Assembly: GCA_963810095.1 (NCBI GenBank)
Contig: CAWEMM010000006.1
Coordinates: 512,001 to 576,000, forward strand
Source of the DNA: an uncultured Chloroflexia bacterium
GTDB lineage: Bacteria > Chloroflexota > Anaerolineae > CG2-30-64-16
DNA: 64,000 bases
Direction of reading: 5' to 3'
Under the pieces are notes generated by a model that saw only the letters and a list, made by a program, of their open reading frames with translations, did no database searches and was not told the DNA's origin. This document shows positions 10,540 through 21,821 of the stretch, piece after piece. The translations under genes were made by a program, and so were the position numbers. Position 1 is the stretch's first letter; every line of letters starts with the position of its first letter.

Positions 10540-10986
10540 CTATTTCCCGCGCAGTTGCTTGATGCCGGCGCCGAACCACATGGCGCCGAACAGGAACCCG
10601 ATGCCGCCTGCGGCAAGCGACAGAAACTCGGAACCGAGCCGGAAGAACCACGCACCCAGGATGGCGCCGAGCGCCATGATGAATGTGCCGATGGTCAGCG
10701 TGCTCATGCCTTGCGTCAGGAACAGGGCGCGCAAGCGCGGCAGCCGGAACGCGACCAACAGCGCGCTCGCGGCGAACAGTAAAATCTGCCACGCCAGCCA
10801 GCCCCATTCGCCCAAGGCAAGCCCGCGCTCGACGCCGAAATACAACGGCGCGCCGCCGATCAGGAGGCCCCAGAGAACAGGGAGCGCGCGCCGGCCCCGC
10901 AAGCCCGCACCCACGGCCGCGCCGCCCCAGAAGTTGAAAAAACTCAGGAACCCGAAAACCAGGGCTGCGTCAAATGTGTTGCTCAT
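10540..10986 (-). CDS. Hypothetical small multi-pass membrane protein
   Basis: 148 aa, about 5 hydrophobic Gly-rich segments; operon-like spacing. Confidence 0.7.
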   Translation of the reverse strand: MSNTFDAALVFGFLSFFNFWGGAAVGAGLRGRRALPVLWGLLIGGAPLYFGVERGLALGEWGWLAWQILLFAASALLVAFRLPRLRALFLTQGMSTLTIGTFIMALGAILGAWFFRLGSEFLSLAAGGIGFLFGAMWFGAGIKQLRGK

Positions 10987-10990
10987 CGCC

Positions 10991-11605
10991 CTACCGCGTC
11001 AGCCAGCGCTCGATGACCGGCGCCAATGCCTGCATGGCGCCCGCGCCTGCCAGCGCCACCAGCGTCGACTTGATGACCTTGCCGAACCACGTGGCCACCA
11101 AGAACTTCCAGACCGCGATGTGCATTGCGCCGGCAACAATCCCCGCGACGTCGAAGATCGGGTTCGGCACGATGCTCAGGACAAAGATGACCCAGAGTCC
11201 ATACTTCGCCATCCACCCGCGCACCCGCGGGTAGTTCGGGTCGTCTTCCCACATGCCCCGCCCGCTGGCACCCGCCACATAGCCGGTGAGCTCACCTAAC
11301 GTCGAGCCGCTGCCGACGGCCAGCCCCACAAAGTATGGGTTGAGGGTGGCGCCGGCGGCCAGCGCCAGCGCCAGCCCGGGCATCGGCAGGATCAGGGTCG
11401 CGCTGGACAGAAGGTTAAGTAAGAAGAGGCCTGGGTAGCCGTAGGCTCCCAGGCCCGTCAACCGGTTGCCATAAATGACCAGCAACACCGAAAGCGCGAC
11501 GACGAAGAGGAACGAGAAGAGCCGCGTCAGTTTCTGCTGACCCGGCGTGAACCGGGACGGCCGTGACGACTTTGTCTCAGGCGTCGCGGCGGTCGGTTCG
11601 TCCAC
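10991..11605 (-). CDS. DedA/VTT (SNARE-associated) family membrane protein
   Basis: LILPMPG, GSTLGELTGY..G, SIVPNPIFDVAG..AG. Confidence 0.85.
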   Translation of the reverse strand: MDEPTAATPETKSSRPSRFTPGQQKLTRLFSFLFVVALSVLLVIYGNRLTGLGAYGYPGLFLLNLLSSATLILPMPGLALALAAGATLNPYFVGLAVGSGSTLGELTGYVAGASGRGMWEDDPNYPRVRGWMAKYGLWVIFVLSIVPNPIFDVAGIVAGAMHIAVWKFLVATWFGKVIKSTLVALAGAGAMQALAPVIERWLTR

Positions 11606-11645
11606 GATGTCGCGCCCTCTTACGCATTGCTCGCCATCCAGCGCA

Positions 11646-12128
11646 TCACGCCTCGGTGATCGTCACGGACAGCATCACGTCGCCTTGCTCGATCTTGTTC
11701 ACCACATCCTGGCCCTTAACCACCTGGCCAAAGACGGTGTGCTTGCCGTCGAGCCACGGTGTGGCCAGGTGGGTGATGAAGAACTGGCTGCCGTTGGTGT
11801 TCGCCCCCGCGTTCGCCATCGACAGCACGCCCGGCTTGTCGTGTTTGAGCGTCGGATCAAACTCGTCCTTGAACGTGTAGCCCGGCCCGCCCCGGCCCGT
11901 GCCGGACGGATCACCGCCCTGAACCATGAAATCTTTGATCACCCGGTGAAAGGTGACGCCGTCATAGTAACCATCACGGGCCAGCGACACGAAGTTGTTC
12001 ACCGTGCGCGGGGCCTGCATAGCGAAGAGGTCGGCGACGATGATGCCACGGTTGGTCTCGATCGTGGCCGTGTACTTCTTCGTGGTGTCGATCGTCATGT
12101 CAAACGGTTTGCTGTATCGATTCGGCAT
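11646..12128 (-). CDS. Cyclophilin-type peptidyl-prolyl isomerase (cytoplasmic)
   Basis: [41 protein letters not shown]. Confidence 0.96.
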   Translation of the reverse strand: MPNRYSKPFDMTIDTTKKYTATIETNRGIIVADLFAMQAPRTVNNFVSLARDGYYDGVTFHRVIKDFMVQGGDPSGTGRGGPGYTFKDEFDPTLKHDKPGVLSMANAGANTNGSQFFITHLATPWLDGKHTVFGQVVKGQDVVNKIEQGDVMLSVTITEA

Positions 12129-12160
12129 CCTGGTTCTCCCTCATTCGAATAACAGGCGCG

Positions 12161-12190
12161 GCCCGGCGGATTCCTCGAAACCCGCCGGGC
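12161..12190. repeat. 30-bp intergenic hairpin
   Basis: GCCCGGCGGATT...AACCCGCCGGGC between the two cyclophilin genes. Confidence 0.55.
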
Positions 12191-12204
12191 CGGCCAACTG
12201 AGTC

Positions 12205-13614
12205 CTACTTCTCGGTGATCGTGATCGTCTTGATGACGTCCACGGCCGGCGCAGCTTCGGGCGTGCCCTGGGCGTTGACCGTCGGCTGCACGCTGGCCCC
12301 AACCAGCTTCTGCGCCGCGTCGAGACCGCTGGTGACGACGCCAACCACGTTCATCGGCACGTTGCCTTCCGGCACCGCCATGAACGAGATAAAGAACTGG
12401 CTGCCGCTGCCGACAGGGTTACCCGCCGCGTCCGCAACCGGGTACATGGCCACGGTGCCGGTGACGATCTTGGTGGCTTCCGGTCCCTCCAGGGGTAGGG
12501 TGTACCCCACGTCACTGTCCGGGCTGGCCTTCGGCGAGCCGAAGACCGCGTACGTCCCTTCCTGAACGTGCGCGACCGGCATTCCGTCAAAGAAGCCGAG
12601 GTTGGCGAGGGTCACGAAGTTGTTGACCGTGGTCGGCGCGACGGACGGATCGAGTTCGACGACGATCGTGCCCTGGCTCGTCTCGATCGTGGCCTGGTAC
12701 TTCTTCGTCTTGTCGATGGTCATGGCGGGGGGCTGGTTGAAGTACCGGTCCCGCTGGGCGACCTCGACCGTGGCGAGCGGCCGGCCCTCCTGCGCAGTGG
12801 GCGCGAACGGGGTCGGCGTGACAGTCGGGGTCGGGCTCGGCTCCTGGGTCCGGGTCGGCCCGGGGGTGGGGAGCTTCGAGCTCGTAGTCGTGCTGATGTC
12901 GATCCGCTGAATCTTGTCGCCGACCGCGATCTTTTCGGCCACGTCCATGCCCTCGGTCACCTGGCCGAAGACGCTGTAGGCGCCGTCCAGGAACGGGGTG
13001 TCGGCCAGGGTAATGTAGAACTGGCTGCCGCTCGACGCACGCTCGGGGTTAGTGTCGTCGCCGGTGCGAGCCCACGCCAGCGCACCCTTCAGATGCTCGT
13101 GGTTGATCTCGGCGGGGATGGTGTAGCCCGGACCGCCGTTACCCTGCCCCAAGGGGTCGCCGCCCTGGATCACGAAACCGGGCTCGACACGGTGGAACGT
13201 GAGGCCGTCGTAGAACCCGTTCTGGGCCAACGTGACGAAATTGTTCACACCCTCGACGGCGTCGGGATACAGTTCCGCCACGATGTTGCCCTTGTCGGTC
13301 ACGATTGTGGCGACGTAATTGGTGCCTTCCTTGGTAAAAGGTGCGGCCGGACCGGAGAAGCGGTCGTTGCGCTCCTGCGGCGGGATTTCGGCGAGCGGGC
13401 GCTGGCCTTCCACTGGGGCGGGCACGGTCCCGGTCACCGGGGCCTGGACGGTGAGGGGAACAGCCTCGGTCGCCGGCGCAGCCGGCGTTGCAGCAGCCGC
13501 AGTGGACGCAGCGGTCGGGGCCGGCGCACTCGGCACGGGGGCGCATGCTGACAGCACCAGCAGCGCCGCGGCCAGGGTGAACAAGGCGAATACAGGTAAG
13601 ACGTGCTTCTTCAA
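12205..13614 (-). CDS. Lipoprotein with two cyclophilin domains (second degenerate)
   Basis: Lipobox LSAC. Domain 1 has FHRVEPGFVIQGGD and SGSQFYI; Pro/Thr linker; domain 2 has VNNFV.LA..GFFDG and GSQFFI. Confidence 0.9.
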   Translation of the reverse strand: MKKHVLPVFALFTLAAALLVLSACAPVPSAPAPTAASTAAAATPAAPATEAVPLTVQAPVTGTVPAPVEGQRPLAEIPPQERNDRFSGPAAPFTKEGTNYVATIVTDKGNIVAELYPDAVEGVNNFVTLAQNGFYDGLTFHRVEPGFVIQGGDPLGQGNGGPGYTIPAEINHEHLKGALAWARTGDDTNPERASSGSQFYITLADTPFLDGAYSVFGQVTEGMDVAEKIAVGDKIQRIDISTTTSSKLPTPGPTRTQEPSPTPTVTPTPFAPTAQEGRPLATVEVAQRDRYFNQPPAMTIDKTKKYQATIETSQGTIVVELDPSVAPTTVNNFVTLANLGFFDGMPVAHVQEGTYAVFGSPKASPDSDVGYTLPLEGPEATKIVTGTVAMYPVADAAGNPVGSGSQFFISFMAVPEGNVPMNVVGVVTSGLDAAQKLVGASVQPTVNAQGTPEAAPAVDVIKTITITEK

Positions 13615-13636
13615 GAGACTCTCCTTCTTTCTCTCC

Positions 13637-13692
13637 GATGCATCTTCGTGGTGTCGGGCGCCGGTGGGCGCCGGTCACCACGAGGACGCATT
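13637..13692. repeat. Intergenic inverted repeat
   Basis: GATGCATCTTCGTGGTG...CACCACGAGGACGCATT (14/17). Confidence 0.5.
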
Positions 13693-13697
13693 CTGAA

Positions 13698-14708
13698 TCA
13701 GGCGATTTGCGTACGGTAGTAGATTTGTTCCATCTTCCAAACGCCGAAGATGAGCATGCCTAACGCGACAGCGCCGACGGCATAACCTTCCAGCACGCTG
13801 GCTTGTGTGATGAAGGTTGCAGCGATGCCGGTCAGAAAGCCGACGATGTAGCAGATCAGCACGGCTTCGCGTGTGCTCCCGGTAAGGCGCGCGAGACGAT
13901 GGCTCAGGTGATCCTTGCCCGGCGTCGTCAGCGGATTCAGATGGCGCCGCAGGCGCGACACGATGACCAGCGTCGTGTCGAAGATCGGCACCCCGAGCAC
14001 AAAGACGGGCACCATCCAGGTCACGAACGAGGAGTTGTCGGGGAAACGCAGCTTAATGGCCAGTGAGGCAAGCGTAAACCCGAGGAACAGCGCGCCTGTG
14101 TCGCCCATAAAGATGGATGCGGGATTCAGATTGTAGAACAGGAACCCCAGACAGGCGCCCACGATGGCGGCCGCAAGCGCGCCGACGAGGTACTGCTTGC
14201 TAATAAGCGCAAAGAGCAGGAAGAAGAGCGCCGCGATGGCGGAGATCCCCCCGCTCAACCCGTCCATGTTGTCGAGCAGGTTCATCGCGTTCGTGATGCC
14301 GACAATCCAGACGAGCGTAGCCGCGATGTTCAGCCACTCCCAGGGAAAGAGCCCAATCCGCACGTCGGTCAGGGCGACGATGCCCGCAGCAAGGAACTGG
14401 CCCCCCAGCTTCACCCAGGGCGAAAGGCCGCGGCGGTCGTCCCACAGGCCGAGGAACGACATCAGCGTTGCGCCGATGAAGATGCTGATGACCTGGTTGA
14501 CGTAGAAACGGTCGCCCAAGATGACAAGCGCCACGATGACCGACAGGTAGATCGCCAGGCCACCCAGCAGCGGCGTCGGCACCGTGTGCTGCTTCCGTGC
14601 GCTCGGCTTGTCGACCATGCCGGTCCGCGTCGCCAGCCGCTTCACGAGCGGGACAACGCCGACCGCCAACACGAGGGCGCTTGCCAGGATCAGGACGTAG
14701 GTGGTCAT
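13698..14708 (-). CDS. MraY/WecA/TagO family polyprenyl-phosphate HexNAc-1-phosphate transferase
   Basis: [31 protein letters not shown]. Confidence 0.92.
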   Translation of the reverse strand: MTTYVLILASALVLAVGVVPLVKRLATRTGMVDKPSARKQHTVPTPLLGGLAIYLSVIVALVILGDRFYVNQVISIFIGATLMSFLGLWDDRRGLSPWVKLGGQFLAAGIVALTDVRIGLFPWEWLNIAATLVWIVGITNAMNLLDNMDGLSGGISAIAALFFLLFALISKQYLVGALAAAIVGACLGFLFYNLNPASIFMGDTGALFLGFTLASLAIKLRFPDNSSFVTWMVPVFVLGVPIFDTTLVIVSRLRRHLNPLTTPGKDHLSHRLARLTGSTREAVLICYIVGFLTGIAATFITQASVLEGYAVGAVALGMLIFGVWKMEQIYYRTQIA

Positions 14709-17700
14709 TGTTTTCCTTGTAAGCTGGCGATCAAGGACTCGAGGTCGGCGCGGTCGGCTTCGGGGGCAATGGTCAGCGCTTGCTGCGCCGCCGCCAACGC
14801 TTCGGCCCGCCGCCCCATCTGGTCAAAGACGATGGCCAGGTTGCGATAGGCCACGTAGACCTGCTTCTGATGCTGCGCGGCCTGCTGCTGCAGCGTCGCG
14901 GCCTGGGGCGACTTAGCGCCGAGTTGGTTCAACTGGGCTTGGGCTGCTTTCAGCGCCTGGCTCTCGAGATCGATCACCCGCTGCCATGCGTCGACCGATG
15001 CCTGCGGGTCGCCGGCATCTGCGCCGGCCATTCCCACCGCGCTCAACACGCCCAAGTTCTTGGGCGATACCTCTTGCGCTCTTTTGTAAGCAGCCAGCCC
15101 GCCCGCCCGGTCGCCCGTCGCGGTCAACACGTCGCCCAACAGCAGGTAGGTCGGATAATAGGTGTCGTCAACCTGCAGCGACTTTTCCAGCGTCGCCCGC
15201 GCAGCTTGCAGGTCGTCCTGGATGTACTGCACGGTGGCCAACTCATTCCACAACCCCGCATTGTTGGGACTGAGGGAGATCGCCTGGCGGAAGTAGTCCA
15301 CGCTCTTCAGCAGGCGCTGCTGGTTCACCTTGTCGGGGGTCTGTTTCAGCACCTCGCGCAGCCGTTCCGGGTCGCCGCTCTCGCCCGGGGCCACGGCGTT
15401 CGTAAATGCCCAGGCTCGATACAGCCGGGCGAGGTTGGCGCTGTGGTCGGTATTGTACGGGTTCAGCCGCTGCGCGCCGACCAGGGCCGCGTGCGCAGCG
15501 CGGCAAGGCATCCTCCCGGTCCTGCGCCTGGACGGCCTGATCGACCAAACCCAGCAGCCGGTCCGTGGGCACGTTCGACACGTCTTCGGGCAGCACGGGC
15601 GTGCCCGGCTGCAGCTGGTCGGACAACTGGAGCAGCGACCGGCCCAGGAACAGGTAATAGTAGTCTTCATTGGGTTGCAGCCGCGCCGCTTCGCGATAGA
15701 GCAGCGTCGAGCCTTCCCACTGGCCGATCCCCTCGTAGCCGGCCCCCTGCTTGTAGTACGTATCGGCTTGCACCGGTCGAACGTTGATACTCGCAATCAG
15801 GAAGACGGCGACGGCAGTCAACACCGCTCCCGCAGCCAGCGACAGCGCGGACTGGTGTGCGAAACGGACGGGCCAGGGCTGGGGCCGTGCCAGCGCCACG
15901 CCGGCCGCCAGTCCGAGACCCAACAGCAGCAGCAGGACGTCGAAGACGACGATGTGGCCCACCGCTTGTTGCACGAGGCCCATCGCGTCGAGGCCGGCCC
16001 GGTTTAGGCGGGCGGAGTGAATCAAGCCGTAAATGATAAACGTGCCCGCGCTCACGCCCACGTAGAGCAGCACGGCCTGCAGCGTGGAGAAGCGGTTCTT
16101 GCCCTCCTCACCCGCCTCCCCGATGGCCGTGAGGCAACCGATCAGCCAGGTGAACAGGACCAGGACCAGGATCATCGGCGACGGCACCAGTTGCGAACCC
16201 TGTACCCGAGTCGTAAACGAGTTCCAGAATATGGTCAAGCGCGTCGGTAGCGTCGGCCTGGTTCACCGAGTAGTCCCACACGAACACCGCGGAAATGATC
16301 GCCATGATGATCGCATAGGGCAGCACGGCGAGCAGAGGGTGACGGGTGACCGGCGCGGGGGCGAGCTGTGGCCCAGGCGCCCGGCCTGCCCGCGGCCCGT
16401 CGCTGCGCCGGTCCTCGGTGCGACGCTGCCCCCCGGCCGGCTGTTTCGAGTTACCGTCCTTCCGCTTCGACGGCTGTGCGCGGACGGGCTCGGAGACAGC
16501 GCGGCCCGCAGCCGCCGCGACGGTAGCCGGCGCGCCGGCAGGCAGGGCCACGATGGTTTCCTTAACCTGGTCTTCCTCGTCACGCACCCAGCCCATCCCC
16601 ACGACGACCAACGTGGCCGCCAGGATCCAGAGGTGGGTGAACGTGGAGACGATGGCAATGCCGAAATGGAGTTCGACGAAGTGGGCCACGATCGCGGCAA
16701 ACAGCGCCACGATGAGGAGCTGCGTGCCAGGGTCGCGCACACCTTCATGCGCGTCGGCAGTGACCCGGCCGCCGAACACCAGGACGAACGTAACATACAA
16801 AATCAGGCCGACGATCAGGCCCGCGGGCCAGCCGATGCCTGCCAGGCGCACGCTGCCGTCGAAAATCACGGGCAGGATAATGCCGAGCAAGCCGCCGCCC
16901 GCCAGAAAGCCGAGGAAGAGGTTGCGATCGCGGCGCCCGCGTATCAACCCCAACCAACGGAGTGCGAAGTAGAAGACGCTGCCGAACAGGAAGATCTCGG
17001 CCGCCAACTGCAGGAGCCCACCGCGCACGAGCGCGTCGAAGGTCTCGTTGTGCGAACGGTCGGGCGAGGCGCTGCGCGATTCAAAATGGCCGAGCGCCGC
17101 CGGATAGAAGCGGTTGAACGCGACCCACAGCGACTCGGGGCCGAAGCCGAGGAAGAGCCGGGCCGGGGCCCAGGCATCGCCGGTTCCGTCGGGCAGCTGC
17201 AGCCGGGAGCCGGGCGTCATCAGGTCGACCACGCCCTCCCAGATCAACGCCCGCACCGCATTGGTGCCCTCGTCCGTATTGAAGAGCGTGCACGAACGAC
17301 TGATGTACTTCACGTTGCACAAGCCGGCTAACGGCCCGTTCGGCACGTTCATGACCAGGAGCACGAGGAGCGCGGCGACAGCCACGCCGATCAGACCCAG
17401 CCACGCGGCTCGCACGTGGGCGCTTAGCCAGCGCAAGACGGCCGGACCGCCCGTGCGCACCGCGCCCCACCGTGCGAGAAGCAGCAAGCCCAACATGGCA
17501 AAGACATACAGGCCAGCGGCCAGCCCCAACTGGGGGCCGCGGCTCTGAGAAAAGACGATCGTCGCCAGTTGCACGGCGAGCACGAAGAGGTATGCGCCCG
17601 CACGGAGCGCGTCGCCCGTCCATGTCTCGTCGGAGCGCATCAGCCGGGCAACGCTGTTGATCAGCCGCTCGAGCGTCAGGAAAACCGCAATGATGAGATA

Positions 17701-18279
17701 CGCGGCGATGAAGATGGCGTTCCCCATGTTGCCGGCCACCCGGTTCACCACGTCGCCGCCCCAAGGCAGCGGGTCGAGCCCGCGGTTCTGGATCACGCCG
17801 TATATCGCAATCGGCAGGGAGGTAATGATGACTGCGTGCAGGATCCGGTTGACCTGGCGGCGCGTGCGCAGGTGTGTGAGCACAGCGCCGAAAAGGATGA
17901 TGTAGGAGAGAAATGAGAGTGTGCCCTGGAGCCGCACGTAGGAGCCGAAGAAGCTGATGCGCGGGACCAGGGATAGCGCGGTGCTGATCAGGTAGCTGAG
18001 GACGAGCAGCAGCGCGGGCAGGACGAGCGGCGTCGACTTGATCCAGGCCCACAAGCCTTGCCGCCCGGTGCTGTTTCGGGACGCGCCGAACATCCCGTCG
18101 ATTAGCTGAACCAGCCATGCAACGGCCACGAGCAGCGCGATGGAGCGCACGAGATGAATCTTATCCGGTTCGAAAACGCGACTGGAAAACGTGTTGAAGA
18201 AGAGAGGCGCCACCACCAGCGCAACCAACCAGCCCGCTTCGATGATGGCGTCACAAATTCGGCTCAGCTTGCTCTGCAT
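14705..18279 (-). CDS. Large O-antigen-ligase (Wzy_C)-like membrane protein with C-terminal TPRs, split by frameshifts near 16238 and 15502
   Basis: SQSRG, R.LIW, GFGPE and DRSHNE ligase-type motifs; TPR helices in the two downstream frames. Single-base corrections join three ORFs into ~1190 aa. Confidence 0.8.
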
Positions 18280-18349
18280 CCCTAACCCTGCATCCCACTC
18301 CATGTCCGGCGAACGAACGTCAAATCATTGTACCATGGGCAGCGTAGAG

Positions 18350-19462
18350 TCAACGAATTGGACGGTCGAGGCGCGCGATCTCCTGGTAGAGCCCTAACAC
18401 CCGCTTCACCATTACGTCAAGCGCAAACTCCCGGTGCACCCGTTCGCGCGCGGCCTGCCCCAGGGCCAGGCGGCGGGCAGGATCGGCAATGAGGGCGTTG
18501 ATCGCGGCTGCCAGGGCCGCCGAATCATGTGGCGGCACGACACTTCCCGTGACGCCGTCGATATTCACGTAGGTGGTGCCCGTCCCCAGTTCGGTGCAGA
18601 CCACGGGCAGCCCGGCCGCCATCGCCTCGACCTGCACCAGCCCGAACGCCTCGCTCGGGTGGCTGGCCGGCAGCACAAAGAGGTCGGCCTGGTGGTAGAG
18701 CCCGGGCAGCTCCGCATCGGGCGCTTCGCCCAGCCACTCGATTTTGCCGGCGACGCCAACCTCCTGCGCCAGCGCCTTCCACTCCGCCTCCATCGGTCCG
18801 ATCCCCACGATGCGCAGCCGGCCAGCGATTTGGGGGAGCGCCCGAATCAGGGTGTCGAGCCCTTTGTAGTAGCGCAGCCGGCCGACGAAGAGCATGGTGA
18901 AGGGCCGGTCGGCGGGCGGCGCGGCGAGCGTCGCGGGCCGGCCAAACCGGTCGAGCGGGATGCCGTAAGGAATGAGATGCAGCTTGGACTGGTAGGGGGC
19001 AAGATAGGCGCTCTGGCGCATCGGAGGGCTGCCGATCACGATGGCGTCGACCCGCCGGAGCACCTGCGACATGATGGGCCGGTAGAAACGCAGAATGCTC
19101 GCCTGGCGCACGACGTCGCTGTGATAGCTCAACACCGTGCCCTTCCCGCGGCGCAGCAGCCATTGCGACGTCTCGCCGACGGGATAGGGGAAGTGTAAGT
19201 GGACGATATCGGGCCGCTCGCGCAGCAGGCGCCAGGGCAGCGCCAGCGTCAGGGGCGTCGATGCGACCGTAGCCAGCCGGCCCGCGCGCACCACGTGGAC
19301 GCCGCCCTCCTCCGTCTCCAGCGAGTGCAAGCCCGCGGGGTTCGTCACCAGCGCGGTAACGTCGTGCCCTGCCGCGGCCTGTCCTTCGGCCAGCAGCCGC
19401 ACATGGTTCTCGATGCCTCCCAGGATGGGAGGATAATCCTTGTAGATGTGAAGGAATTTCAC
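18350..19462 (-). CDS. Glycosyltransferase family 4
   Basis: GTG overlaps the upstream TGA. GGIE, FVGRLRYYKG, EAFGLVQVEAMAAG. Confidence 0.93.
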   Translation of the reverse strand: MKFLHIYKDYPPILGGIENHVRLLAEGQAAAGHDVTALVTNPAGLHSLETEEGGVHVVRAGRLATVASTPLTLALPWRLLRERPDIVHLHFPYPVGETSQWLLRRGKGTVLSYHSDVVRQASILRFYRPIMSQVLRRVDAIVIGSPPMRQSAYLAPYQSKLHLIPYGIPLDRFGRPATLAAPPADRPFTMLFVGRLRYYKGLDTLIRALPQIAGRLRIVGIGPMEAEWKALAQEVGVAGKIEWLGEAPDAELPGLYHQADLFVLPASHPSEAFGLVQVEAMAAGLPVVCTELGTGTTYVNIDGVTGSVVPPHDSAALAAAINALIADPARRLALGQAARERVHREFALDVMVKRVLGLYQEIARLDRPIR

Positions 19463-20550
19463 GCCGTCACCTGCCGGTAGATCTCCAGGGTGCACGTCGC
19501 AGTCTGCGTCCACGAAAACTGGGCGGCGCGCGGAAAGCCGCGGGCACGCAGGTCGGCCCGCTGCCCTTCGTTTGCAGCCAGACTGTGCAGCGCAGCCCCG
19601 AGCGCGGCCGTGTCGAGTGGGTCGACCAGCAGCGCGGCGTCTGCTGCAACCTCGGGGAGCGCGGTCACGTTCGAGCAGACCACGGGCGCACCACATGCCA
19701 TTGCTTCAATGACGGGCAGACCGAAGCCCTCGAACAGGCTGGGGAAGACAAACATCTCGGCCGCGCCGTACAGCGCGGGCAGATCTTCCTCGGCCACCCG
19801 CCCGATCCACCGGATCGTCGCGCCGCCGTGCGAGTCGGCCAACTGCCGCGCTTCGGGATAACGCTCGTCCCAGGCCCCACCGATCACCAGTTCGAGGCCC
19901 TCGTTAGGGCTTGCCAGCCAGGCCTGCACGAGCCCAACCAGGTTCTTGTGCGGCTTGTTGCTGCCCAGGTACAGGACGAAGCGACCGGGTAACGTGTACT
20001 TACGCCGGACGGCAGCGATCGCCGCGGCCGGCTGCGGGCGAAAGGACGGATCCGCGGCCAGCGGGATGGCCGTGATGCGCTCGGGGCGGATGCCGAACTG
20101 CGCGATGAAGTCCTGGCGGGCATTCTCCGTGATGGCAATGACCTGGCGCGCGGCCCCCAGCGCCAGGCGAGTGGTGAACCGAAACAGCAAGCGCGAGCGC
20201 CCGCTGCTGAACTGGGGATAGCGCAGCGGGATGATGTCATACACCGTCAGGACCGCGGGCACGCGGGGCCGGTACGGCATCAGGTAGTACGGGCTGTGGT
20301 AGAGCGCGCCGCCGAGCGCCCCGACGGCGGACGGCACGCGCCACTGCTGGGAAGCGGAGAAGGGCGAGCCGGGCACGGGAACGGCCGCGACGCCGTCGAT
20401 CTGCAGCGGGTGCTGAGGGTCGACCAACAGGGCCAGCCGCTCCGTGGGGTTTAGCAGGGGCGCCAGCGCGGCTGCCAGGCTACTCACGTAGCGACCAATG
20501 CCGGGGAAGTGGGCCGTGGCAGTGCGCGCATCGAGGACGTACGGCGTCAT
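19459..20550 (-). CDS. Glycosyltransferase family 4
   Basis: GIGRY, KPHKNL, FPSLFEGFGLPVIEAMACG. Confidence 0.94.
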   Translation of the reverse strand: MTPYVLDARTATAHFPGIGRYVSSLAAALAPLLNPTERLALLVDPQHPLQIDGVAAVPVPGSPFSASQQWRVPSAVGALGGALYHSPYYLMPYRPRVPAVLTVYDIIPLRYPQFSSGRSRLLFRFTTRLALGAARQVIAITENARQDFIAQFGIRPERITAIPLAADPSFRPQPAAAIAAVRRKYTLPGRFVLYLGSNKPHKNLVGLVQAWLASPNEGLELVIGGAWDERYPEARQLADSHGGATIRWIGRVAEEDLPALYGAAEMFVFPSLFEGFGLPVIEAMACGAPVVCSNVTALPEVAADAALLVDPLDTAALGAALHSLAANEGQRADLRARGFPRAAQFSWTQTATCTLEIYRQVTA

Positions 20551-21698
20551 CTAGCGTTCCTGCGTTCCGGTTGGTGTGCCCATCACCCGCTCATAGACCG
20601 CCACGGTTTCCCGGGCCGCTCGTTCCCAGGAGAAACAGGCGGCTTGCGCTAATCCGCGGCGCCGCAGCTCGGCGGCCAGATCAGGCTCAGTCAGCAGCCG
20701 GCGCAACGCGGCCGTGATGGCGTCCGTGTTTGCCGGGTCGACCAGGAGCGCCGCGTCGCCCGCGATCTCGGGAAGCGACGACGTGTTGGAACAGACGACG
20801 GGCGCGCCGCACGCCATCCCTTCGAGGGCGGGCAGGCCGAAGCCCTCGAATTCGCTGGGGAACGCCACGGCGGCCGCGCCCGCATACACGGCGGGGAGAT
20901 CCTCGTCCGACACCCAGCCCGGAAACACCACCGCCTGCCTGGCGGGCGAGCGATCGAGCTGGCTGAAGAAGTCGTCGTACAGCCAACCCTTCTTGCCGAC
21001 AATCACGAAGGCATCCACTAGCCCTTCAACGTGGAGACGCTCGAACGCGGTCAACACCCGGCCCAGGTTCTTGCGCGGCTCGATCGTGCCGACGCTCAAG
21101 ATGTAGCGCTGAGGCAGGCCATAACGAGCGCGTGCGGCTGTCGACGACCTCCCGCGGTTGCGGCGCGAACTCGGCGACCGGCTGCTTCGTAGATCACGGT
21201 GATCTTGGCGGCCGGCACACCGTAGGCGTCCATCACGTCGCGCTTAGTTTGCTCTGAGACGGCGACGATGTGGGTGGCGCGGCGACAGTAGAGCGGCATG
21301 GTCAGGTTCAGATACCAGCGGTTGAGCGGCTTGTGGTGCACAGGATACCGGCGGAAGATCAGGTCGTGGACGGTCAAAACGGTGGGCGTGCGCCGCAGGT
21401 GCATGAGCAGGTGTTCGGTTGCATGGTACAGCTCGGCGCCGGGCAGCAGGCGGTTGAAGGGTGCATGGACGAGTTGGCCCAGCCAGACGGCCATCCGCCA
21501 GGGCTTGTAACCGAGCGAAATCGTGCGGGTCGGGAAGCGATCCAGTCCGGCGACGGGATGAACGCCCTCTTCGGCGTTGTAGAAGAAACCGAGCCGGTCG
21601 CCAAGCAGGGGCACAAGCGCACGCGCCAGGCTTTCCGAATAGCGACCCAAGCCGGCACGGCGATGAACTGCCGCGGAGAGATCAAAGTAAATGGTCAT
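20551..21698 (-). CDS. Glycosyltransferase family 4, split by two +1 frameshifts near 21178 and 21140
   Basis: N-half AGLGRY...TVHDL; C-half EPRKNL...EGFGLPALEGMACG. The corrected junction reads EFAPQP...RARYGLP. Confidence 0.88.
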
Positions 21699-21821
21699 GA
21701 GCGGAAACCATGCTAACACGGGGCCGCGAGCGGGTCAAAGAACAGCCGGTCCATCACCCGTGTTTGTGCTCGCACCGTCGATGTGCTACGCTCTGCCCGC
21801 ACGCTCAAACGGGAGGCATTC

